Assembly (NCBI GenBank): GCA_003858585.1
Contig: RQZE01000014.1
Span: 1 to 13,913, forward strand
DNA from: Erysipelotrichaceae bacterium OH741_COT-311
Lineage (GTDB): Bacteria > Bacillota_I > Bacilli_A > Erysipelotrichales > Erysipelotrichaceae
DNA length: 13,913 bases
Direction: 5' to 3'
Part shown: piece by piece, positions 7,886-13,913 of the stretch
Layout: each line of letters opens with the position of its first letter
How positions within the stretch are numbered: the stretch's first letter is position 1
Position numbers and translations under genes: made by a program
The notes under the pieces: generated by a model
Told to the model about the DNA's origin: nothing
The model's input: the letters and a program-made list of their open reading frames with translations, nothing else
Databases searched by the model: none

Positions 7886-9842
7886 CACTATGTTCCTCCT
7901 TAAAATATACATTTAATACTTCTAACAATTCTTCTTTTAATTGTGCAACGGTTTGATTTTTTCTTTGCACAGCTGCCGCTGTTAAATGTCCACCGCCATG
8001 CATCTTTTCCATAATGACTTGTACATTTACACGTCCATTACTGCGTGAGCTGATTGCCACTTCATGCTCGGATGTTTTAGCAATAATAAAGGCAGCTTCA
8101 ATATCTTTAATCGACAATAAAGTGTCGGCAACCTGTGAAATAGCTGTTCGATTATATACTTCATTGTCATCTACAGCACTAATGATGATACCTCGATCAT
8201 AAACAAAAGCATGTTTCATCAGTTTATTTTTAACTTCAAATTGAACAAATGGTTCCTTAATCAACTCATCACATACTACAGGATCTGCACCATATTTCTT
8301 CAGTTGACTTGCCACTTCAAAGGTACGTGAACCCACACGTGTTCTAAAACGATTGGTATCAATCAATAGACCTAAATACATAATGTTTGCTTCACTTGTT
8401 GTAATTTCAATATCAGTTGATAGATATGGTAAAAACTCTAAGCACAGTTCACAACTTGAACTTGCTCCGGCTTCAATATAAATTAAAATAGGATTGATTT
8501 CTAAATCTGCTTTACGACGATGATGATCAAAAATCGCAACTTTCTTTGCCTTACTAATGACTTGGAAGCCGTTTGAAGTATGTAAATTATGGTGATCCAC
8601 CATAATCACTAATGTATCCTCTTTTAACTGATTCAACGCTTCAGATTCTGTAACAAAAGTATGTTTATTACCTAATTCTTGCTTATAAAGCTCAATTACC
8701 TCTTTAATAACCGGCTCAATACCACCGGTTTTTGCAATAATACTTACCGGCTTGTTTAACGAAGCCACAATGTTTGACATAATCAAGGCAGCTGCAACAC
8801 AATCTGCATCCATTTCTTTATGCCCACATATAATAACGTTACTAGACTTTACCACTAAATCCTTCAGTGTATGTGCCATAATACGCACTCGTACTTTACT
8901 TCGTTTTTCCGGTGCTTCTGAGGAACCACCAAAGTACTTCACTTCTTCATTGTCTTTCTTCATCGCAACTTGATCTCCGCCACGAGATTGTGCAAGTTCA
9001 AGTAAGCTATTACTCATTTCATCAAGTTCATTAAAGTTTCCAATGCCTCTTGCAAATGCCATAGATAGGGTAATTGAAACTTCAATATTACGACTTGCTT
9101 TACGAGTTGAATTTAAAATCGAAAAACGATCTTCTACCAATTGATGATAAATGGTTTCATTTAATACTAAAAAGAAACGATTTCCTTTCAATGATTTCAC
9201 AATAATCCCCATCTTCTTACACCAATCCACAATCGGTTGACGAATATAGTGATTAATATATGAAATTTCCTGTTCATCTAAATATTGAGTAGTCTCTTCA
9301 TAATTATCCAAGTGAATTAAACCAATAACTAATTGTTCATTCATATATTGTTGTTCAACATTATATTGTTTTGTAATATCTTTAAAAAATAACATCGGAC
9401 GATCTTCTTTACGATGAACAAGGTATGTATTTTCATTAATAGAAATCATTACTTCATCCACTTCTCCAGTCATTAAAGGCTTTAATTCCGGAAGCCATAC
9501 TAATAACTTTTTATCTGTACGATCAATGCGATGCACTTTAAACATATCGGAAACCCATGTAATAACATAGTCATCGTTATAAGTTAAAATACCCATTTGT
9601 GCAAAATTCAGTGCATCCAAAGCCCCTGTACCAACTAAGCCTTGTAAGGAAGTTAAATTGTCACGATAATAATGTTCATAAAAGAAAATCACAACATATA
9701 GCCCAATTGATGCAATAAGAAGTATCGTAAAGGCTAATAAGGTATCCATTTTTAATACAAAGCCTAAAAAAGACAATATCAAAAACAATGTTATGATAAC
9801 AATCGATAATCCATATTTAAACTTTATCAGTTTATCCTTCAT
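7863..9842 (-). CDS. gdpP: Cyclic-di-AMP phosphodiesterase GdpP (YybT), 659 aa
   Basis: Two N-terminal TM helices, a central PAS-like region and a degenerate GGDEF region ([10 protein letters not shown] ... [10 protein letters not shown]). DHH domain motifs GHKEMDADC and MVDHHN. DHHA1 GGGH motif ([10 protein letters not shown]). The length is the same as I recall for Bacillus GdpP. It follows yybS directly (TAAATG). Confidence 0.92.
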   Translation of the reverse strand: MKDKLIKFKYGLSIVIITLFLILSFLGFVLKMDTLLAFTILLIASIGLYVVIFFYEHYYRDNLTSLQGLVGTGALDALNFAQMGILTYNDDYVITWVSDMFKVHRIDRTDKKLLVWLPELKPLMTGEVDEVMISINENTYLVHRKEDRPMLFFKDITKQYNVEQQYMNEQLVIGLIHLDNYEETTQYLDEQEISYINHYIRQPIVDWCKKMGIIVKSLKGNRFFLVLNETIYHQLVEDRFSILNSTRKASRNIEVSITLSMAFARGIGNFNELDEMSNSLLELAQSRGGDQVAMKKDNEEVKYFGGSSEAPEKRSKVRVRIMAHTLKDLVVKSSNVIICGHKEMDADCVAAALIMSNIVASLNKPVSIIAKTGGIEPVIKEVIELYKQELGNKHTFVTESEALNQLKEDTLVIMVDHHNLHTSNGFQVISKAKKVAIFDHHRRKADLEINPILIYIEAGASSSCELCLEFLPYLSTDIEITTSEANIMYLGLLIDTNRFRTRVGSRTFEVASQLKKYGADPVVCDELIKEPFVQFEVKNKLMKHAFVYDRGIIISAVDDNEVYNRTAISQVADTLLSIKDIEAAFIIAKTSEHEVAISSRSNGRVNVQVIMEKMHGGGHLTAAAVQRKNQTVAQLKEELLEVLNVYFKEEHSDESNIIG

Positions 9843-10742
9843 TTAATCACTCCCAACCATAGACTTTAAAAACGGTGTTGTTTGATATAAAAAACCTAAA
9901 ATAACAATAGGTACTGTACTAATCCCTGACGTTAAAAATGCAACCGCAATAATGATAAATGTTAAGTTCTTTTTATATTTTACCATACAATAACAAATTA
10001 AAAAAATAATTCCAAAGACATATAAAATTAGAAAAAGAATAATCGCAATAATCATCACTACATCATGTGCCGGTTTTGGCAATGCAATCGATTCATTTAC
10101 AACGATAAATACTGGTCCTAAAAAACTTAGATATGCAAACCAAAGCGGTAATTTTAATTTATTCATTGGAGTGATTGGATTCACTTTAATCTTTAGACGC
10201 TTTAAGATTACATTCGCTAATAAATGAACAGCAATCCCTTCAATAATACCTGAAATAATAACACTTGATAAATATCCTATACGTACTATATTAGCCGGAA
10301 TAACGATCGGAGATTTACTGTTTAAAAGTGTTTCTAACATTTTTATTTCCGCTATAACATCAATTCCAAATAAAGAAGCAAGCAATAAGGTAGATATTAT
10401 TGTAGATAAGGTTGTAATAAACATGGTTGTCAGTAATAAAAACGTATTGTTGTAACCCTTTTGTAAGCCGTAGCTATACACTAAACCACAAATCACGGCA
10501 ACGGTTGTAAAGAAAAAAGTAACAAAAGTTCCAAATAATAAAGATAGAAAAAGAATAGAAAAGGCAAGGGCAAATGAACTTTTCCATGTATTTCTAGCAC
10601 TATAGATAATCAATGCATAAGGAATAATGAAATTTAAAAAATAATCAAATATCCCTGCATAATATCGATTTACAATGAAAAACACAGCTACAATAGCTAA
10701 CATCATTGCTCCTTCTGTAATTTTTCTAACATTATTATTCAT
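9843..10742 (-). CDS. yybS: Polytopic membrane protein, YybS/DUF2232-like, 299 aa
   Basis: Strongly hydrophobic throughout, with roughly 7-8 TM-length segments. It occupies the conserved position between rpsR and gdpP. RBS AAGGAG lies 6 nt upstream of the ATG. The family assignment rests on synteny and topology, not on a motif. Confidence 0.7.
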   Translation of the reverse strand: MNNNVRKITEGAMMLAIVAVFFIVNRYYAGIFDYFLNFIIPYALIIYSARNTWKSSFALAFSILFLSLLFGTFVTFFFTTVAVICGLVYSYGLQKGYNNTFLLLTTMFITTLSTIISTLLLASLFGIDVIAEIKMLETLLNSKSPIVIPANIVRIGYLSSVIISGIIEGIAVHLLANVILKRLKIKVNPITPMNKLKLPLWFAYLSFLGPVFIVVNESIALPKPAHDVVMIIAIILFLILYVFGIIFLICYCMVKYKKNLTFIIIAVAFLTSGISTVPIVILGFLYQTTPFLKSMVGSD

Positions 10743-10760
10743 AAGAATCTCCTTTTAAAC

Positions 10761-10788
10761 ATAAAACCCCCATCAATACTGATGGAGG
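10761..10788 (-). terminator. Rho-independent terminator-like hairpin after rpsR
   Basis: Minus strand reads CCUCCAUCA-guau-UGAUGGGGG (9 bp, one G:U, GC-rich) followed by UUUUAUGUUU. It begins 7 nt after the rpsR TAA. The yybS RBS follows directly after the U-rich tract (about 11 nt after the stem). Confidence 0.75.
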
Positions 10789-10795
10789 TTGTTTA

Positions 10796-11026
10796 TTAAT
10801 CTTGTACGTATGGTAAAATAGCCATTTGACGTGCACGTTTAATTGCAGTAGCAAGCATACGTTGATACTTAGCACGAGTCCCAGTTACACGGCGCGGAAT
10901 AATCTTACCGTTAGCACTAATGAATTTTTTTAATAATTCAGTATCTTTATAATCGATTGTTTCGATATTATTTTTTGTAAAATAACATACTTTTTTACGA
11001 CCTACTCTTTGTTTTTTAAATGCCAT
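10796..11026 (-). CDS. rpsR: 30S ribosomal protein S18, 76 aa
   Basis: Canonical sequence features (KKVCYFT...IDYKD...LKKFIS..GKI.PRR.TG..AKYQR.L..AIKRAR..A.LPY). RBS GAAGGAG is upstream. Confidence 0.95.
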   Translation of the reverse strand: MAFKKQRVGRKKVCYFTKNNIETIDYKDTELLKKFISANGKIIPRRVTGTRAKYQRMLATAIKRARQMAILPYVQD

Positions 11027-11040
11027 AATTTAACTCCTTC

Positions 11041-11496
11041 CTAAAATGGTAAATCATCACTAGAAATATCCAGTGTCGGTCCTGAAGTAAAATCAGCAAA
11101 ATCATTATTATCACTAAAGTCATTATGACTTGGTTGTGCTACTTTATTGTATTGTGCATTGCTACGATTTTCATTTGTTCCCTTTGATTCAAGTAATTGA
11201 ACATGATCACAAGTCACTTCCGTAACATATACCTTTTTCCCACTAGCATCATCATAATTACGTGTTGAAATACGACCTTCAACACCAACCAATGCTCCCT
11301 TAGAAGCATATTGTCCTAAAAAATCAGCGCTTTGATTCCATGCAACACAGTTGATGAAATCGGCACTTTGTTCAGAAGAACCGCCAAAACGGCGATTACA
11401 TGCTAAGGTGAAGGATGCAACACTTTTTCCTGTTTGCGTCTTTTTTACTTCAACATCTCTTGTTAGTCTTCCAACTAATACTACATGATTAATCAT
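11041..11496 (-). CDS. ssb: Single-stranded DNA-binding protein, 151 aa
   Basis: OB-fold N-terminus (MINHVVLVGRLTRDVEVKKTQTGKSVASFTLA). Low-complexity linker. Acidic C-terminal tip DDLPF. Located between rpsF and rpsR. Confidence 0.95.
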   Translation of the reverse strand: MINHVVLVGRLTRDVEVKKTQTGKSVASFTLACNRRFGGSSEQSADFINCVAWNQSADFLGQYASKGALVGVEGRISTRNYDDASGKKVYVTEVTCDHVQLLESKGTNENRSNAQYNKVAQPSHNDFSDNNDFADFTSGPTLDISSDDLPF

Positions 11497-11500
11497 AGAA

Positions 11501-11788
11501 TTATGCCTCTTGTTTCACAATCATGTAACGAACGATGTTATTATTGATACGCATTAAACGATCAAATTCAGCAATACAATCGTTATCTGCTTCGATTGTA
11601 ATTACCATGTAATAACCCTTAGTCATGTCTTCAATACGATATGCAAACTCTTTTAAACCCCAAGCATCAACGTTTAGCACGTTACCACGGTTATCTGTAA
11701 TAACCTTGTGCATTTGATCAATTACTTCTTGGCGTGCAGCATCATCTAAAGATGCGTTTACAATGTACATAACTTCATACTTTCTCAC
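11501..11788 (-). CDS. rpsF: 30S ribosomal protein S6, 95 aa (GTG start)
   Basis: MRKYEVMYIV... matches the canonical S6 N-terminus. The start codon reads GTG (plus-strand cac at 11786..11788). AAGGAGGTG lies 5 nt upstream. Confidence 0.93.
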   Translation of the reverse strand: MRKYEVMYIVNASLDDAARQEVIDQMHKVITDNRGNVLNVDAWGLKEFAYRIEDMTKGYYMVITIEADNDCIAEFDRLMRINNNIVRYMIVKQEA

Positions 11789-11856
11789 CAGTACACCTCC
11801 TTTTGGTCTATGCCCTACTTATGTAGGGAAGGAATAGATACGCATATCTATCCGTA
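11789..11856 (-). promoter_or_regulatory. Structured 5' leader of rpsF, candidate S6:S18 autoregulatory element
   Basis: There are two hairpins on the minus strand. The first is GGAUAGAUA-ugcg-UAUCUAU(U)CC (plus-strand coordinates 11831..11853, 9 bp with one bulged U). The second is CCCUAC-auaa-GUAGGG (11813..11828). They are followed by the RBS. The identification as a protein-binding leader is inference. Confidence 0.45.
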
Positions 11857-11862
11857 TAGTAT

Positions 11863-11891
11863 ACTATAACAAACAATAGTTAAAATGTAAA
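11863..11891 (-). promoter_or_regulatory. Sigma-A type promoter of the rpsF operon
   Basis: Minus strand reads TTTACA (11886..11891), an exactly 17 nt spacer, then TATAGT (11863..11868). It sits about 75 nt upstream of the rpsF start. Confidence 0.55.
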
Positions 11892-11900
11892 TAAATTTTA

Positions 11901-13064
11901 TTACAGATTAAACTGCTGCATAAAACGCTCCATACGCTTAATCGCTTCTTTTAATTGATTTAAGCTATAGGCATACGAAATACGAATATAACCCTGTCCA
12001 CAGGTACCAAAGGCACTACCCGGCACAACCGCTACACGTTGTTCTTGCAGTAAACGTTCAGCAAACTCCTCGCTACTTAAGCCTGTATTTTTGATACTTG
12101 GAAAGACATAGAATGCCCCTTGAGGCATATGACATGTCAAACCGATACGATTTAAGTTATTCACTAAGAAGTTACGACGTGCTTCAAAAGAATCTTTATG
12201 CATCTTACAATCATTGTCTCCATATTTTAAAGCTTCTACTGCTGCATATTGTGAAATCGTGCTTGGACACATAATGCCATATTGATGTATTTTAATCATA
12301 TGCGTAACAATGTCTCTTGGTGCAAGTAAATATCCTAAACGCCATCCCGTCATTGCATACGCTTTAGAAAATCCATTCAAGATTATGACTTGATTTTTTA
12401 TTTCCTCAAACGAAGCAATGGATACAAAGGTTTGATCATACGATAATTCCGCATAGATTTCATCCGACAATACTAATAAATCATGTTTTTTAATAATAGG
12501 AATCAACGCTTTATAATCTTCATAAGTCATAATACCACCTGTAGGATTACTAGGAAAATTTAAAAATAAAATTTTCGTTTTATCCGTAATAGCAGCTTCT
12601 AATTGTTCAGGCAATAATTTAAATTGATGTTCTTCCTTAAGTTCAATAATCTTAGAAACACCACCCGCTAATGTTACTAATGGTTCATACGCCACATAGC
12701 TTGGTTGTAAAAGAATAACTTCATCTTGCGGATTTAAAATCGTACGAAACGTTAAATCAATTCCTTCACTTGCCCCCACTGTAACAATTACTTCTTCTTT
12801 CCAATTATAAGAAAGGGAGAAACGTCGTTGATAATACTTACAAATTTCTTGACGAAGCGCATCTAAACCACGATTACTCGTATAAAAAGTATAGCCATGT
12901 TCAATAGCATAAATCGCTTCTTGGCGTATATGCCATGGTGTTTCAAAATCAGGCTCTCCAACTCCTAGAGAAACAACATCCTCCATTTGATTTGCCAGAT
13001 CAAAAAACTTTCGAATCCCACTTGGTGCAATCTTCTTAATGGTTTCATTTACATACTTACTCAT
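11901..13064 (-). CDS. Pyridoxal-phosphate-dependent aminotransferase, class I/II (PatA/AspB-like), 387 aa
   Basis: Fold-type I signatures are present: PSGIRKF near the N-terminus, SNPTG, the PLP lysine in GFSKAYAMTGWRLGY, and GYIRISYA. Substrate specificity cannot be read from the sequence. Confidence 0.88.
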   Translation of the reverse strand: MSKYVNETIKKIAPSGIRKFFDLANQMEDVVSLGVGEPDFETPWHIRQEAIYAIEHGYTFYTSNRGLDALRQEICKYYQRRFSLSYNWKEEVIVTVGASEGIDLTFRTILNPQDEVILLQPSYVAYEPLVTLAGGVSKIIELKEEHQFKLLPEQLEAAITDKTKILFLNFPSNPTGGIMTYEDYKALIPIIKKHDLLVLSDEIYAELSYDQTFVSIASFEEIKNQVIILNGFSKAYAMTGWRLGYLLAPRDIVTHMIKIHQYGIMCPSTISQYAAVEALKYGDNDCKMHKDSFEARRNFLVNNLNRIGLTCHMPQGAFYVFPSIKNTGLSSEEFAERLLQEQRVAVVPGSAFGTCGQGYIRISYAYSLNQLKEAIKRMERFMQQFNL

Positions 13065-13549
13065 GGTGTAACAATTAGTCTTTTATCTTCATTTGGTTTC
13101 GATAAAACAACTACCCCTTCTACTTTATATTGTTTTAATACAAAATAAGTTTCTGTACGATGTACCCCCTCAATTGGTGCAAGTTTTTGGGCAACAAAAT
13201 CTGCAACCTGACGCATCGTTTTTCCATTAATCACCACAATAAACTCGCTTTTCCCACTCATCAAATACATCGTTGTCACTTCCGGATAACGGTAAATCTT
13301 TTCTGCAATAGCATCATAGCCCGTTTCTTTGCTTGGCGTCGCTCCTACTTCAATCAACGCACTGACCGTTTCATTATGAGCCTTATCCCAGTTAATTACG
13401 GTATGATACCCACAAATAATTTGTTGTTGCTCCAGTTTAGAAATTTGATCTAAAACGTCAGATTCACTTTCATTTAAGACATCCGCAAGATCTCTCACAC
13501 TGATACGTGCATCTTTTTCAATTAATTTTAATAATTTAATTTCATCCAT
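13061..13549 (-). CDS. Lrp/AsnC-family transcriptional regulator, 162 aa
   Basis: N-terminal wHTH (ARISVRDLADVLNESESDVLDQISKLEQQQII) plus a C-terminal alpha/beta RAM-type ligand domain of typical size. RBS GAGGG is present. Its TGA stop overlaps the aminotransferase ATG (ATGA). Confidence 0.85.
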   Translation of the reverse strand: MDEIKLLKLIEKDARISVRDLADVLNESESDVLDQISKLEQQQIICGYHTVINWDKAHNETVSALIEVGATPSKETGYDAIAEKIYRYPEVTTMYLMSGKSEFIVVINGKTMRQVADFVAQKLAPIEGVHRTETYFVLKQYKVEGVVVLSKPNEDKRLIVTP

Positions 13550-13569
13550 ATTAAGCCCTCATTTTTATA

Positions 13570-13578
13570 ATTATAGCA
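13570..13578 (-). promoter_or_regulatory. Extended -10 promoter element for the Lrp/AsnC-aminotransferase pair
   Basis: Minus strand reads TGcTATAAT (TATAAT = 13570..13575, TG at 13577..13578), about 20 nt upstream of the start codon. There is no good -35, which is tolerated by extended -10 promoters. Confidence 0.45.
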
Positions 13579-13587
13579 AATTCAATA

Positions 13588-13618
13588 TAAAAAATTCTAG
13601 ATGAACTCATCTAGAATT
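13588..13618 (-). terminator. Rho-independent terminator of the upstream ABC-transporter gene
   Basis: Perfect inverted repeat AATTCTAGATGA/TCATCTAGAATT (13593..13604 and 13607..13618) around a 2-nt centre. On the minus strand it is followed by a U-run. The hairpin overlaps the ABC gene's TAA stop (13617..13619). Confidence 0.75.
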
Positions 13619-13913
13619 AATATGGTTTTAATATACCATCTTCAAGTTTAACACGTTGGTCGGATAAAGCACTTACGGTCTCTGAGTGTGTTACTACAAT
13701 AACTGTTTTTCCATACTCTTCCGTTAAGGTCTTAAAGACTTTGATGATTTCTCTTTCCGTTGCAGTATCTAAGTTCCCAGTCGGTTCATCGGCAAAAATT
13801 AAATCAACATTCGATGCTATCGCTCTTGCAATCGCCACACGTTGTTGTTCTCCACCGGATAACTTTGAAATCAAACGGTCTGCTTTACTCTTTACAATCC
13901 CAAACTTCTCCAA
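13617..13913 (-). CDS. ABC transporter ATP-binding protein, C-terminal part only (5' end lies beyond the window)
   Basis: ABC signature LSGGEQQRVAIARA, Walker B LIFADEPT and H-loop VVTHS. The short C-terminus is typical of the MacB/LolD/FtsE-like ATPase group. The frame is open to the window edge, so the track's initial M is not a real start. Confidence 0.85.
   Translation of the reverse strand: MEKFGIVKSKADRLISKLSGGEQQRVAIARAIASNVDLIFADEPTGNLDTATEREIIKVFKTLTEEYGKTVIVVTHSETVSALSDQRVKLEDGILKPY

Noticed and set aside
7886-7912. N-terminal extension of the rplI ORF (MYILRRNIV)
   Set aside because: The canonical L9 start MKVILL at 7885 has AAGGAGG upstream, and the extension would include that RBS.
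8014-8973. Plus-strand ORFs 8014..8202 and 8752..8973 antisense to gdpP
   Set aside because: They are shadow ORFs opposite the DHH/DHHA1 coding region, with no RBS.
11833-11859. Mini-ORF ATG CGT ATC TAT TCC TTC CCT ACA TAA (8 codons) in the rpsF leader
   Set aside because: It has no RBS, and the ATG lies in the loop of hairpin 1, so the structure explains the sequence better than a leader peptide does.
13160-13453. 97-aa plus-strand ORF antisense to the Lrp/AsnC gene
   Set aside because: It is the longest antisense ORF. It has no RBS or motif and is fully contained in a confident CDS, so it is most likely a frame artefact of AT-rich codon usage.
1-13913. Possibility of Mollicutes-type genetic code (TGA = Trp)
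   Set aside because: TGA terminates several well-delimited genes here (rlmH, htrA-like, walJ, gdpP, Lrp/AsnC) at positions where the next gene starts. No ORF appears split by in-frame TGA.
1-13913. Search for defence systems, toxin-antitoxin pairs, CRISPR arrays, integrases/transposases, tRNA/rRNA genes
   Set aside because: Nothing was found. Every long ORF has a confident housekeeping assignment. The intergenic space is minimal and is accounted for by promoters, leaders and terminators.

Overview
I found no novel system in this window. It is an ordinary, densely packed housekeeping segment from a low-GC (about one-third G+C by eye) Firmicute-type genome. The gene content suggests the Bacilli/Erysipelotrichia branch. 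TGA is used as a stop codon, so this is not genetic code 4. All 16 credible CDS lie on the minus strand. In transcription order (right to left) they are: ABC-transporter ATPase (3' part only), Lrp/AsnC regulator overlapping a class-I aminotransferase, rpsF-ssb-rpsR, yybS (DUF2232), gdpP (c-di-AMP phosphodiesterase), rplI, dnaB (replicative helicase), a membrane-anchored G5/M23 peptidoglycan endopeptidase, walJ/yycJ-like MBL-fold hydrolase, HtrA-like serine protease with PDZ domain, rlmH, ptsH (HPr) and pgcA (alpha-phosphoglucomutase). This matches the conserved origin-proximal, left-replichore arrangement known from Bacillus (rpsF-ssb-rpsR-yybS-gdpP-rplI-dnaC ... walJ-htrC-rlmH). I see no mobile element, CRISPR array, defence-like cassette, tRNA/rRNA gene or compositional island. 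The points worth a second look are organisational. The walJ-htrA-rlmH tail of the wal locus is present without walRKHI, and an M23 endopeptidase gene coupled to the dnaB stop codon sits in that position. Eight genes from yybS to rlmH are chained by overlaps or gaps of 3 nt or less. A strong terminator-like hairpin after rpsR leaves no room for a promoter before yybS. A two-hairpin leader precedes rpsF. ptsH has no adjacent ptsI. A strand-asymmetric polypyrimidine tract at the left edge has ambiguous coding status. All plus-strand ORFs in the track look like antisense shadows.
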